Of a DNA stretch of 64,000 nucleotides, positions 37,767-51,293 are shown piece by piece. The stretch lies in assembly GCF_006345805.1 (NCBI RefSeq), contig NC_043005.1, positions 25,110,001 through 25,174,000 of the forward strand, read 5' to 3'. Numbering within the stretch: the stretch's first letter is position 1; the number at the start of each line of letters is the position of its first letter. The notes beneath the pieces were generated by a model that had not been told where the DNA came from, did no database searches, and saw nothing but the letters and a program-made list of their open reading frames with translations. The position numbers and the translations under genes are program-made. The DNA comes from Octopus sinensis (lineage: Eukaryota).

Positions 37767-39396
37767 AGTTTTGTATGCTGTATTGTATTCTAGTTTTCTC
37801 TGATGTTGTTTCTGTATAATGAAATATCTTGAAACTTTCTGAAGTGTGGTTCATTATTGTTGTTGTCGGTGGTGTCGATTCGAAGTGAACAAACCTTTGG
37901 TCAAAGATATTCTAAGTTGATCAAAGGGGATTTTATAAGGAGATATAGAACAAACTTATCCGGTATATCGGTTCCCTTTTCAAGACAGCGGTATGTAGTT
38001 TGAAGAAGATATAGCTGCTATATTAGCAAAGCAAATGACTATGTATAGGCATCCTCGTCGTCTTGCTTCATCTGTTTTTGGTGGTGTTGTTTAAACACCG
38101 GCTCGCTTTGATAAAACGGGATTATTATCACTGGCGATTCAGCTGCGACAACCCGGTATTTTTCAAATATAGTCTATCTACGATTACATTGTATCCTTTG
38201 TGAGTTTTAAGGAGGAGAAAGAAACAGACGCACAAGAAATGCTGGAACGATACCATAGCAAAAGAACTTCTTGGTATCGTTATGTTATTACTCGCAAGTG
38301 AGTATGGCCACATAAGTTGTACCCACGTTTTCGCTAATTATTTTAGATGATGAGGTAGTTACGACCAGACAAAAACGTCCTTAACTCAACGGACATCTAG
38401 GTTGTGACAGCTGGAGAATCAGACAGCGGTTGAGTGGTCATTTTCAGCTGAGTAGACTTTGTGCAATATGGACTGAAGTACTTTGCTTTACAAATCCTGA
38501 AACCATAATGGTTATCTGTATGATAATCTACACATTAGTACCACACGCCTGATATCGCTAATAATCCCGATTTGGGCAGCATAGACTGGAGCATCAGATA
38601 ATGAAATGTCTTGTTCAAGGACACAATCCAGTTATCGACCCCACAACCTTATGATCGCGAGTCCAATGCCCTAGCTACTAGGCTACATGTTTTCATTGAA
38701 TAGCCATGATACAGTCCTGCTATAAATCATTAAACCCCCTATACCTTACACATTAATGCCACAACTCACACTGCCTGCTCTCCCTGATTCCGATATCTTG
38801 CACAAGCATATTTACGGCAGATTAACGATGACGTCACTAAGAATGGATTTTTCGGCAAGAAGGGAAAATATATCCGGTCTATAATTCAGGATGAGATTTC
38901 CCACATTTTATGTTGATGCACTGTGATTTGAGGGTGATTTGTTTGTTATTTCCAACAGGCCCAGCTACCACGCTGTGGCTCTCTCGTTAGTTCATGTAAC
39001 TAAAGTAGTTTGAATGGTGACATTGTTAGATTTCTTTAGCATTGTCGACCCATCTTTCTTTCAGACTGCGTTTCTCAGACAGCATTATTCAGTGTTTGGG
39101 TTGCCAGATAAATTTGTTCGTTTTTTTTTCTTCTGTTTGGCATTCCATCATCATAAGCTAGAAAAGAGGTAAAATTTATTCAAATATCAAAAGTGTAGAG
39201 GAATTGAACAGAAACACATAAAAAGCAATAGTAGAATTTAAATAAAACATAAAACACTACGCTAAAAATATATTTCTTCTTAAATCAAATATCATAGGAA
39301 AATGTTAAAATGAATGGAAAATACAAACGAGCGAATTTATCTGACAATCCAATTCCTTCATTTTAATCTGTCCGTAGGTAATTCGAGGGAAATTTA

Positions 39397-39608
39397 AGGT
39401 GGCGAGCTGGCAGAGTCGTTAACGATCCAGAAAAAATGCTTTGTGTCATGTCTTTCGACTTTACGTTTTGAGTTCAAATGCTATCGGGATCGACTTTGCC
39501 GTTCAGCTTTTCGGGGTCAATTAAATAAATATCAGGTGATCACTGGAGTCGATGTAATCGATTTACCCCCTCTCAGGAACTTGCTGGCTTTGTGACAAAA
39601 TTTGAAAC
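39397..39608 (+). mobile_element. Nin/Deu-like tRNA-derived SINE with 11-bp TSD
   Basis: GGTGGCGAGCTGGCAGAGTCGTT head and central GACTTTGCCGTTCAGC domain. TAATTCGAGGG at 39379-39389 and 39609-39619. Confidence 0.8.
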
Positions 39609-40379
39609 TAATTCGAGGGCAGTTTCGCTGTTATTTCTACCACGTATATTGTCACAGAAGTTTTCAGGTTGTCTCAGTGGAGAACATAGAATTATTGCTT
39701 GTAGTTTAGTATTTATTTGATGCTAAAGTTTAATACATTCTCAGTTCAGATAGATAATCTCTTGTGAGAGATGGATTTCTTATTTAATATTTCATATAAA
39801 TTTCCTGACTTGTCCGGGTGATATATATTTCTGATATATCTCGTGTTTTATCTATTTACTAGGTTCCTTTGATGTTCTATTCATGCATTTTCTGAAAGTC
39901 TATTTCCTCTGTCATTACCAATTCCATAACTTCTAGTCTGCCTTAAGATAAGTCTTTGTATTTTCCATTTCAATCGAAGAAACAATCTGTTATTTAAAAT
40001 ACCATTTTCGTCACGAAAGTGCTGCCGTCGTAGCTGTTCTAGTTTGATCAAACGCGCGACAATATAGAAGAATTTATATTTATATGGACATTCGATTTGC
40101 TAGAAAAGGCTGCCAGATCATCCCTTAAGATCGCACCCTGCGGCTATAAATAGGAAGGACATATTAGATAGTGGGGGTCCTAGATATACCAATTGAGAAA
40201 ATATAGATGGAATGGTTACGGATGGAAGACGTTTAACCATAATTCGCAGAACAACAACAGCAGAAACGGTGTCAATGACAGCAGTAAGGCCAAGACCGAC
40301 AGCAGCACCAACGTGAACGCTAGTAACAGGTAACGACGGCAATAAAAGCAAAAGCATAACAGTGAAAATTAACATTAGT

Positions 40380-40424
40380 AACTGCAACATCAACAGCAGC
40401 AACAATAGTAGCACCAGCAGAATC

Positions 40425-40456
<32 letters not shown>

Positions 40457-40881
40457 ATAACAGCCTACAGTGACAACAACAACAACAATAACGACAGCAG
40501 CAGCAACAGAAACAGCAGCAACAGCTGCAACTGCAACAATGGCAGCAGCAGCAACAACAACAGCAGCAACAGAAACAGCAGCAACAGCTGCAACAACAAC
40601 AGCAGCAACAGAAACAGCAGCAACAGCTGCAACAACAACAGCAGCAACAGAAACAGCAGCAACAGCTGCAACAACAGCAGCAGCAACAGAAACAGCAGCA
40701 ACAATGGCAGCAGCAGCAGCAGCAGCAACAGAAACAGCAGCAACAGCAGCAACAGCAGCAACTACATCAGCAACAGCAACATCTGCAGCAACAACAACAG
40801 CAACAGTAGCATTAAGAGCAACAACAGGAACAACAACAGCAGCAACAACAACAACAACAGTAGATCAGCAGGAACAACAGG

Positions 40882-40918
<37 letters not shown>

Positions 40919-40950
40919 GCAACAGCAACATCAGCAGCAGCAACAATTAA
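40380..40950. repeat. (CAG/CAA)n compound repeat with a 39-bp higher-order unit
   Basis: GAAAC markers at 40572, 40611, 40650 and 40689 (period 39). Confidence 0.9.
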
Positions 40951-41365
40951 TGTGAAAAACAGAACAGAATTTCTCATCTCACATCGTATTATCGTGTGAG
41001 ACGTTAAAGACTCTCAAGACACTGTTTACTGTTCATGATACAGCCACGTCTCAGAAAATCAAGATGGACGACGCCCTTGTCACCCTCACCAAACAGTCAC
41101 CTTGACTTCCTGTGCTGTTCGTTAGCTCATGAACTTCTTAATACTTACAGAAGATATACGACGCCATTTTATGGTTTAAGTTTTCGTTTCCGTATGAGAC
41201 ATGTACACGCACATTTCATCCCCTTTCACCATGACGAAAAAGAAAATCCAAGAATTAAGGGGTCTTCGTTGTTTTCAAGCATTTCCAGCACATAACATCA
41301 AACTTCCACCTTGTTCTTAAAGTATTTAGTAACTTAGAAAATGGTATTTTTTACTGTTACTAATA

Positions 41366-41839
41366 CTGTTACTCGAAAGAGTCCAGAGGCTGGCTACCCG
41401 CATGGTTCATGGTCTCAAAAATTTGTCCTACGAAGAAAGGCTGAGGACGCTCGACCTTTATTCTCTTGAAAAACGCCGCCGCCGTGGTGATCTCATTCTC
41501 GCCCACAACATCATAAGCGGGAAATGTAACCTCTCGAAAGAGCTGTTCTTCACTCCTGCTCCGGAGCGTCGGCTGCGGGGTCATTCCGAAAAGCTCTACC
41601 TGCGACGATTTCATCTCAATCGAAGGAGAGGAGCTTTCTCCGTCCGGGTTGCGGATCCGTGGAACAAGCTGCCAGACGAGATGGTGAAGATGCCGACGAC
41701 CGCTCGGTTCAAAGTCTCCCTTGACCTCAAGTGGCCTGAACTCTTTACATGAACACCACCCTGTACTTAACTCCATGTCCCCCTACATGGCCTTGCTATT
41801 TGCTTTTGAGCCAAATTAACTAACTAACTAACTAACTAA
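41366..41839 (+). mobile_element. 5'-truncated CR1-clade LINE with (TAAC)n tail
   Basis: Open frame LLERVQRLATRMVHGLKNLSYEERLRTLDLYSLEKRRRRGDLI...RGHSEKL...FSVRVADPWNKLP...FKVSLD; short 3' UTR; CTAA/TAAC repeats. Confidence 0.88.
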
Positions 41840-41924
41840 TTACTTAGAAAAGGAATATTTGGTCCTAATTTAAATGGCGAAGGCTTAAAGGAAAAAGGAA
41901 TTGTGCTGCACTTTTGATAAAGTA

Positions 41925-42490
41925 TTGGGTTATCTGGAAAGTCCGTGCCGATTTTGAAAGGCAAGAAAAAGGTCAATAAATACCTGCCACTCTATATCTA
42001 ATCAACCAAATATGAACCATTTTGTTGCACAATGCCTCTCCATCTTTTCTTTAACTTGAAAATACCCTCTTCCCAGAATTGAGTTGGTTTCATGGCAAAG
42101 AATTCATCAAGGTATCTTTTTACGTCATCCAAGGAATTGAAATTTTTACCATTAAGACTATTCTGCAGAGACCTGAATAAGTGGAAATCCGAAGGAGCAA
42201 TATCTGGTGAATATGGAGGGTGGGGTAACACATCCCAGCCGAGCTTCAGCAATTTTTGTCTAGTCCCTAAAACATCAAGTGCCGAAAATGAACTTTCTTA
42301 TCTTCCATTTTAAAGGGTTACAGAGTTAACACAGGTTATAGGAACATAAATCTTCTTCCACGAAAAGATAGCTTAAACTGTGTTCTAAATGGAGGTGTAG
42401 TCAAATCCTATTTTATGGACTCAACCATGTTCTAAAATAAGTCGAAAGGTAAGCTACTATAAATCGGCACGAACTTTCCGGACAACCCAA
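41925..42490 (-). mobile_element. Internally deleted mariner element with both TIRs
   Basis: ~30-bp TIRs TTGGGTT(A/G)TC(T/C)GGAAAGT(C/T)CGTGCCGATTT with TA on both sides. Minus ORF 41998-42252 has HPPYSPDIAPSDFHLFRSL. Confidence 0.92.
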
Positions 42491-42514
42491 TAGTAATTAT
42501 AATTTATACATGTT

Positions 42515-42729
42515 GGTCTCAAATTTTGGCACAAGACCAGCAATTTCAGGGAAGAGGAAAAGTCAGGTATATCGATCCCAGTGCACAGCTGGCACTTACT
42601 TTGTCGATTCCAATAAAGGCTGAAAGGCAAAGTCGACCTCAGTTCAAACTGAACTGAGAATGTAAAGACGGATGAAATATCGCAAAGCACTTTTTCCGGC
42701 ATGCTAACTATTCTGCCAGCTCGTTGCCT
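42515..42729 (-). mobile_element. Nin/Deu-like tRNA-derived SINE
   Basis: Reverse complement of head (AGGCAACGAGCTGGCAG) and central GTCGACTTTGCCTTTCAGCC domain. Confidence 0.75.
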
Positions 42730-42734
42730 TATAA

Positions 42735-43124
42735 TCTCTATATATAAAGCTGAAGTTGTCTGCGTGTGGCAGGTTTGGTAGCCTTCAACTAACACTATCT
42801 CCTCCGAGACCCTGCGGCACAAGTTGACCAAAATTGAAAGTACAATAGAAGAAGGCTCGCTCTTTATTGCGTAGCAGATACAATTCAAATCGGACCATGT
42901 TAAGACCAAAAATGTTTTACATCAAAAAGCTGCTTTTTTTCTATAAAAATCCCTGTTTTTTACGATTGTTTGACTGCTGTTTCGCCATTTTTCGGTGTAT
43001 TTCAACCAGAAAAATGTTCACTTAAAGAGAATAGCAAGCTACATCATGCAAAGTTTTTACTTTTCAAAAATTCCAATTTTAAAGGGTCGAAACAAACCCG
43101 AGCAACGCCGAACGATACTGCTAG
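42735..43124 (+). mobile_element. 390-bp non-autonomous Helitron
   Basis: Inserted between A42734 and T43125. 5' TCTCTATATATAAAGCTGAAGTTGTCTG; 3' ACCCGAGCAACGCCGAACGATACTG-CTAG. No TSD. Confidence 0.82.
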
Positions 43125-45186
43125 TTTATACATATTGAGATTGAATAGGTTTAAATTGTAATAAAAGCGGGGTCCAATGAAAATGTGCCTGTATATAAAA
43201 CGGAGGTCAAACGAAAGTCTTGATAAAGGAAGTATATCTAGATTTCGAAGAATAAATCTGAAGACAATGAACAATGGATCGCAAGCAACCTATTTATCTT
43301 TACACACTAATGAAGAAAACCAATTGAGACACTAGTTTTAACTGTAAATTTAAGATGAGGTTCCGTGCATACATTTTATGTGGTGACTACTGTGGCTAGC
43401 CCTTAATTCCTGATTGAGTCGAAGGGCCCAATTATGAGATACGGCTAACCATGAGAAATTTAAGCCAGGCCGATTTCATCTCTCATTCAAGACATAGAAA
43501 AAGAGTAAGAAGAGTAAGAAAGAAAGAAAGAAAGGGAGAGAGAGAGAGGGGGGGAGAAAAAACTAACCTAGCATTGGACTAATATTTCTCTATCGACTCC
43601 AGCAAAATGAAAAAAAATTCAAATGAACTGGAAGTATTTCAACTCAGAGCGCAGAATTCTTGATAGAATAGCGAAAAAGAATTCTCTGAGGCGATCGAAC
43701 GACTCTGCTAATACACCGAAAACTTTAACTAGATATTTAAAAATTCACAACGAGAAATTATACAAAACTATAAGCTTCCTTAAGTTCAAGTGCATTATTC
43801 TGTTTGTTTCGTTTTAGAAGAATTCATATGTAGAACTGTTCATATATACATATAAGGTAAATTTTTCTATTTTTCATTCCCTTCAAAATTGCTCTTAAAT
43901 GTGGTTTTGGACGTTTTGACTGATCCTTCTATCATATAAGGCTGCCCGTTAAGGGTCGCCTCTTCTGTTTTTAAATGTACACTAGTTTTATATAGAAAAT
44001 ATGTTGTCTATAGACTGTTTATACATGCTAGGCCACTGGTAGTGACATTTCTAAAGTTTTGCTATCCTATATTAATTTATGCATATATACATATATATAT
44101 AAATACATACATACATTCATACATACACACGCGCGAGCACATATATACAGATACATATACATATGGTGTGTATGTATGCGGGTATGTATATGTGCGTATA
44201 CACACGCATTTATATCTAATATTAAGAACACAAAAGGAAGTGTTTAAATGATGGTTACATTTAGCTGCTATTGTTTCTATGTATGACATTAAACGCATAA
44301 ATTTTATACACAATTAAATATTATTGTATGATTTAAGTTATGATAAGAAATAATGCGGTAAGACAAATCGATATTGTATAAAATGTTTAACTAGACGATG
44401 TAAGAGTAACCATAAGGAACAAAAAGTCATTAAGAAAAAACGAATACAACATAATTTCTTTGTCAGAAAAACAAGATGAAAAAAAATAAAATTAATTACT
44501 TGACCATAATGTGAATGATGAACAGCTAGAATTCATTTGCTGTTAGATGAATTTTGCCGAAAAATACTCAATGATATTGATCTGCATTGGTGAGTAGCAC
44601 TAGAGTTATAGTTTAGAAAGAAATGATTTTGAAGATAAAATGCGAGATTAATGTAAGATTATGAAAATATGATTTCACGGAAAGCTTTAGAAGTAAGAGC
44701 GTTAATAATGTTAAACAGAAAACGTAACTGAATTTTTAATGGTAAAATATTATTAACATTTCCGAATTATAACCAAGCACTGAGCTGATGCTGATGAGAT
44801 ATTTGAAGTATAATTGTTACTTGTGGATAAATGATATTTTCTACTAATAATATCTTATTAATATGTATGTGGTGATAAAAGGAAAGATACAAGTCTGTAA
44901 TACGAATAAAAGTAGCTTAGACAATCAGACAATTCTTTAATTATTGCTGGCTTGCATCTGTGATATAAGATATTAATTCTAAAAGATAAGAAAGTTTCTT
45001 AGGTGGAGATTATAAATGAGGTTTAAAGGAAAGGATGAATGTATATAAATAATGATTATGGATTTAATCTGCTTATGTACTTGCACATTTGAAAGAGAAG
45101 TAATTTTGTTGGGAGGTATTTGTAAGATCAAAGTTAATTTACGAAAGCAAAGACGGTGACAGAGGTGAGTATATACACACACACAC

Positions 45187-45219
<33 letters not shown>

Positions 45220-45232
45220 TACACACACACAC

Positions 45233-45265
<33 letters not shown>

Positions 45266-45382
45266 TACACACACACACATATATATATATATATACACAT
45301 ATATAATATATATATATATAATGTAATATATATCAGTAATATATATCATATATATATATATATGTATGTATGTATGTGTATA

Positions 45383-45544
45383 GGTGCAGGTGTGGGTGTG
45401 TGGTGAAAAGCTTGCTTCCCAACCACATGGTTCAATGTTCAGTCCCACTACATGCACCTTGGGCAAGTGTTTCTACTATAGCCTTGAGCTGACCAAATCC
45501 TTGTGAGTGAACTCGGTAGACGGAAACTGAGAGAAACCCGTCGA

Positions 45545-45631
<87 letters not shown>

Positions 45632-45865
45632 ATGTGTATGTGTGTGTATGTGTGTGTGTGTTTCTATGTCTGTGCCCAATACCGCTGGACAACCGGTGTT
45701 GGTCTGTTTATGTCTCCATAACTTAGTGGTTCGGCAAAAGCATCCGATGGAATAAGTACCGGGCTTAACAACGTTAAGTGCTGAATTCGATTCATTCGAC
45801 TAAAAATTCTTCAAAAAGGTGCCCCAGCATGGCCGTAGTCTAATGACTGAAACAAGTAGTAAAGA
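45383..45865 (+). mobile_element. CORE-like tRNA-derived SINE with internal (TA)/(GT) microsatellite
   Basis: Head GGTGCAGGTGTGGGTGTGTGG, CACCTTGGGCAAGTGT motif, 3' ...CCAGCATGGCCGTAGTCTAATGACTGAAACAAG. Same family as 47806-48205. Confidence 0.8.
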
Positions 45866-46432
45866 AAGGCTTGATGACAACATTATTTCGCCCAGTCACA
45901 CTCTCATCTAAAAATTCCAACGCACTACTGAAATGTTGATGAGAAATTTCCATCAAATACAAAGATACGGGCCAATTTCTGTTGATGAAATGAAAGACAC
46001 CACCCTATCCAGCTTGAGCAACTGTCTTGCAGTCCTTGGACTCCTCTCTGTTGAATTATTGTACAATTAGCTTTATTATGGCTATACGATCAAAGGGGAC
46101 ATAATTCTACTTTTCTTTTCGTTTGCAGTTCTTTTCACATTTCTATTTTTCCATCTACCTTCTTCCGTGTTTTTCTCGTAATTTCTCTTATACCAGCACC
46201 CTGATTTACAAATTGAAATAGCTATGAGCTCAGAACATGGGAATTGCATGGAAACGCAGAGCATATTATAAAAATCTCCCTTGACTCGCGTGTCTAATGC
46301 ATGAAGCTTTAAAATTATATATATATATGACGAAAAACGTTGCCCTTTTCAAGCCTAGCTAGGCTCATGGGTCCAGTTTCCCGGTTTCTGTGGGTATGTG
46401 TTCCTCCCAGCTGGACAGGAAGCCAGTCCATC

Positions 46433-46627
46433 TTTTCAAGAAACAGGAAGAGAGAGAAAGTTGTGGCGAAAGAGTACAATAGGAGTCGTCACCACCCCCT
46501 GCTGGAGCCTCGCGGAGCTTTTAGGTGTTTTCGCTCAATAAACACACACAACGCCCGGTCTGGGAATCGAAACCGCGATAATCCGAACGCGAATCCGTTT
46601 CCCCAACCACTGGGCCATTGCGCCTCC
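46433..46627 (-). mobile_element. 3'-truncated tRNA-derived SINE, family of 18283-18672
   Basis: Reverse complement GGAGGCGCAATGGCCCAGTGG...GTTTCGATTCCCAGACCGGGCG. Confidence 0.85.
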
Positions 46628-46650
46628 ATATATATATATATATATATATA

Positions 46651-46698
<48 letters not shown>

Positions 46699-46711
46699 TA
46701 CACAAACACAC

Positions 46712-46755
<44 letters not shown>

Positions 46756-46798
46756 GTGTGTGTATGTATCTGTATGTATGTATGCATGTATATATGTA

Positions 46799-46865
<67 letters not shown>

Positions 46866-47164
46866 AGACCCCTTCGGTCATGACTGACCATGGGATTGCA
46901 CCTACAAGTTCGGGCAAGGTTGTTTATGGAAGACCAGTAGTCGCCCATGTATACCAGCCTCCTCTCTCCACGCCACCAGTGTTATCCAAGGGAAAGGTAA
47001 AGGGGCCGATACAGCTTGGCACCCACTGACGTCGCAACTCGTTTCTACAGCTGAGTGAACAGGACCAGCGTGAAATAAAGTGTCTTGCTCAAGATCACAA
47101 CACTTAGCCCTGTCCGGGATTCGAGTTCACAACCTCACGATCTAACCACTGAGCCATGCGCCTT
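46866..47164 (-). mobile_element. tRNA-derived CORE-like SINE, family of 62851-63190, with small deletion in the head
   Basis: Collinear with 62851-63190; lacks ~13 bp between CACGATC and TAACC. Confidence 0.8.
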
Positions 47165-47239
47165 AGCACACACGCGCACACACACACACGCACACTCACA
47201 CACACACACGCACACACACACGCACACACACACACATAT

Positions 47240-47790
47240 ATATATAAAATAGAAAATGGGACAAGAACGCAAAACATCCGGACAACTAGGTGATACAAAA
47301 AGGGACAACAAAACATCTAGATAGACGATATAAAGAAAGCAAGGACGGGTCATTCGAAGTCTTCTTCTTCAGTCAAGAACCAGGTTATCCTCGCAATTTC
47401 GGCTGATTATTCTTGAGATTGCTCCAATCTGGCCAGCCCCAAGGAAAAACATTTGATTCCTTGGAAGAAAGCATTGAATGGGATGGGACCTTTTGAACAG
47501 TGCAGTCATGTCTAGTTCGGAGGGCTGGTATAACACCTGATACCAAAGTTGGTGCTAGCCACTCGAAGGTCTTTCATATATCACTGTTGCTTCAGGGAGT
47601 ATGGCCGAAGCTCTTTGAGTTTCTCCCAATATGACAGCTGTTCCATTGATGCAATCTTCCAGGCCTAAAACCTCTGAACGTCCTCAAGTCCTACTATTAA
47701 GTTGTCACTCTAGCATGACCAGAGTTGAGAGTAGTAGTTCAGATGGCTGGATATAAATTTCCTCCATAACACCAGTATAGTTTCCTGGTC
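47240..47790 (-). mobile_element. Degenerate CR1/Jockey-group LINE 3' fragment
   Basis: Minus: SHLNYYSQLWS...LEDVQRF...LSYWEKLKELRPYSL...TNFGI, followed by UTR-like sequence. Confidence 0.6.
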
Positions 47791-47805
47791 CGTTGTTATA
47801 TATAT

Positions 47806-48205
47806 GGGAGTGGCTGTGTGATGAGTAGCTTGCTTACGAACCACATGCTTCCGGGTTCATCTTGGTCAAGTCTTCTACTATTGGCTCGGGTCGACCAAAG
47901 CTTTGTGAGTGGAATTGGTAGAGAGAGACTGAAAGAAATTCGATGTATATATATATATATATATATGTATTTATGTATGGGTGTGTGTGTTTGTGTGTCT
48001 GTGTTTGTCCCCCAACATCACATGACAACCGATGCTACTGGTGTGTTTACGTCCCCATAACTTAGCGGTTCTTCCCAAGAGGCCGATAGAATAAGGACAA
48101 GGCTTCTAAAGAATAAGTTTTGGGGTCGATTTGCTCGACTAAATATGGTGCTCCAGCATGGGCGCAGTCAAATAAATGAAACAAAAGAATAAAACAATAA
48201 AAGAT
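47806..48205 (+). mobile_element. CORE-like tRNA-derived SINE with internal deletion
   Basis: GGAGTGGCTGTGTGATGAGTAGCTTGC head; internal microsatellite; 3' end as in 45383-45865. Confidence 0.8.
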
Positions 48206-48220
48206 TACATACATACATGC

Positions 48221-48265
<45 letters not shown>

Positions 48266-48545
48266 ACATATACATATGTATATATATATATGTATGTATG
48301 TATGTATGCATGTATGTATGTATACTTATATTTTGTAGTGGTGGCAGTGTCTCATGAAACATTCAATGATATCTTCCCACTTCTCCCTATAGTATTTTCT
48401 TTATGTCACTTGATTCTTCCATGTGAGCAAGATCTAAAACATTTCCAATAAATATGCATATATTAGAATACCGAACAGAGTAAATTAACAAAATTTGGCA
48501 AAGCTGCAAACAATTTTACTATTCATTATTATCATTATTATTATT

Positions 48546-49102
48546 GATTTAGAGAGTAGTGCATGCCATCAAAGTGACACTGGGGTAAAATATACGAAGC
48601 CCAGTATACCAATCATGACCACCCGTCTGATAAGGGTACACTAGGAACATGCATCACAATCATATGTGCAAGACATGGTGATCTCATATCAAGATAAACA
48701 GCATATGACCGTGCAGGTGGGACCCAGTTAGAATCTTCTTCAGGCCAAGTAGCCCATCCTGCTCAAAAGGTCCCTCAATAAGGGTTTTTTATGGATGTTG
48801 AACGAAACACCCATGTTTGCAAAGATGAATTATCAAAAAACTCTAGAGAATTTCTCCCCACACATGGCTATGATGCTCCCCCACTACTCCTGCTTGTGAT
48901 CAGAGATGCACATATCGCCAGCCACTAAAGGACATGGCCAACTGGTTAAGGTCAAACAACTGACAAGCAAATCTGTGATATTGAGCAGAATATTTGCTGT
49001 AGCCCATCTTTTATACCAAGACAAAATAATGTGTATGATAACACTTTCAATCTATTAAGATCAGAAGCCACGAGAGGCCCTGCCTGGTACTGCATCAGGG
49101 CA
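48546..49102 (-). mobile_element. Independent copy of the 556-bp (TAA)n-embedded retroelement
   Basis: Same start and end as 22888-23443. (TAT)n at 48525-48545 and from 49103. Confidence 0.78.
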
Positions 49103-51293
49103 TTTATTATTATTGATATTATTATTATTATTATTATTATTGTTGTTGTTGTTGTTGTTGTTATTATTGTTGTAGTAGTTGTTGTTGTTGTTATTATTGT
49201 TGTAGTAGTTGTTGTTGTTGTTGTCATTATTATTTGATCTGTTCGAATCGAATGCGATTACTTCAGCTGATATGTTTTTCGATTAGTAAGCATATTCTGA
49301 ATTTGAAAATGTTTGTATTTTTGCACGCGCGCGTGTATGTGTGTGTGTGTAAGTGTATGTGTGTGTGTGTAAGTGTATGTGTGTGTGTGTGTGCGCGCAT
49401 GCGCGTGTATGAACAAATATTGAACGAAATTATTGATTGTTTTCTTGATGTTCCTTTGGGGCCAATGACTCTTTATTAGAAGATTTTTATTGGATTATTT
49501 TTGTTTTTTGCTGATAATCTCTGACGTATTTCAACATTGTGGCGACAAGACAGAAACCAAAAGAAATGAACTTCTCTTCAAACGAAAATCAAAGTTTCTA
49601 GGAGCGATAGAAAAGGTAAAAAAAATAGCGTTAACAAATAATTCACACAGACCTGAAGAAAAGGAAAAAGTGACAATATTTTAAGCATTGAAAGAAGATT
49701 GCAATGTCATTCCTGATAATCACAGCAGCAAAGAAAAGAAAAATGTGGGAAAAATTGTGTTGCTTACATTGCTTCAAAAAAAGTTTATTTAAAATTCGAT
49801 AGAACTTAGTCATCGAAGAAAATATGGTAACTCTCTGTCTACATGCTCGAGGAATTACTGAAGAACCCATTAAAAATAGGCCAGAGTTTAGTTCACCTAT
49901 AAAAGGTGCGACCAAGGGAAATTCTGGGAGATGTGTGAAGCATTAATGACCAAGTCAAACCCTACGGAAGTCATCGGTTGGCATTTTTAGGGTGAGGCCA
50001 AAACGGATCGATAGACAAAATTTATATTTTTTTATCGAGTTATACTACAACATATGCATCTATGCTATACAAAGATGACAGTAAGGGGAATTAATAGTAA
50101 TTTTGAACCCTAGCTTGCTTTATCTTTTGTGATAATTCCAAAAATGAACTTTGCTTGGTCGGGTGATTTCTGTGTTGAGTCTAAAGACCTTAACAGCCAT
50201 AAGCCCACGTAGCAATATCGAGCAATATCGAGACTAAAGCAGTGAGGCTGATGGAGCAGGGCACATTGTACAACTGTTATTCTTGTGGCAGCAACATCTA
50301 AAGTTTTCTGCTCCGAAGTATAAAAGAACAGCAGGATCCATAAACTCTATGACTAACAGACATGGCTATAAATAGTCAGTACGAATCAACAAGAAGAAAT
50401 GCATACATTAGTGACATTAACAAAAATGACAATATGACAGGTGTAACTAATCTTTTGTAAGCGTCCTATGATACAATTGACGTCGTAGTATGATTCAACT
50501 TGAGGCAAAGAAGATGGCAAGGAAGAGGTATGTTATAGAGAAGAGTATTACCTTACCCGGCGAATCGATTCAGGAATAGGAGGAGATATGCACAGCTTTA
50601 TTTTTAAAATGTAGACCGATTATATGTCTCCGAAAGTGAACTAAAGACAACTCAGAACGTTCTATGGTTGTATATTAACTTCGAGACGAGACATGCGAAA
50701 TTTGTTCTTCGGTTTTAAAATCGAGAAACAGTCAAAGAGACAAGTAGAGTTAGTAAATTCCCGATTAGTGACAGATTTGTATTACAGTAGATGAGTTTGA
50801 AAAAAAAAGAATTAGCCCAGATAGTAAGTTTTGGATCTGAGTGACCTTCGTGCAACAGCACGGGCAATAGATGAGCTTAGAGATGCAAAATGTCGTGAGA
50901 ACTCTGAACAGGTTTGAGGATATCCTAAGTATCTCCGAGCTGTATCCTGATGAAGGAGTCGACGTGAGGTCTACCAAACTGGTTCTGTCGTTGGCATAGA
51001 TATGTTAGTAAAGATCACATGAGGGTTTAACCTCCAGAATAAATTTGAAAAAGAGGATAGAAAGCAACATGAACAGGACCTGAGTTAATGACCAGGACTG
51101 GTGCTACAGCAATTTCTACACCATCATTGCAGACCGAAGGATAGCCAGAGAGAAGGAAAACGAAATCATCTCATTCCCTACGCTACCGGTGACAAGGTAC
51201 GGCAAACAGAGATACCGTCTCCTCTACTGCAGGATCATCCGGCATCTACAAGCAGCCATACCACTCTACCATTTTGAAAACTAGTGAATTGTA

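Noticed and set aside
47340-47400. Hammerhead on the minus strand (CTGAAGA...GAAT)
   Set aside because: Stem II would have a 1-nt loop, GAAA is broken and there is no stem I.
49040-49102. HDV-like ribozyme at the 5' end of the 556-bp element (GCC-TCTCGT-GGC resembles P3/L3)
   Set aside because: P1 needs a bulge and a mismatch, there is no GG for P1.1 after P1', no convincing P2' partner, and the motif is not kept in the 23.4-kb copy.
50946-50990. Hammerhead starting at CTGATGA
   Set aside because: No GAAA box and no consistent stems.
50300-51280. Possible RTE reverse-transcriptase remnant; similar weak signals at 3050-3800, 33780-34560 and 60060-60400
   Set aside because: Only faint motif echoes (e.g. 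VTDLYY); too degenerate to annotate without a profile search.
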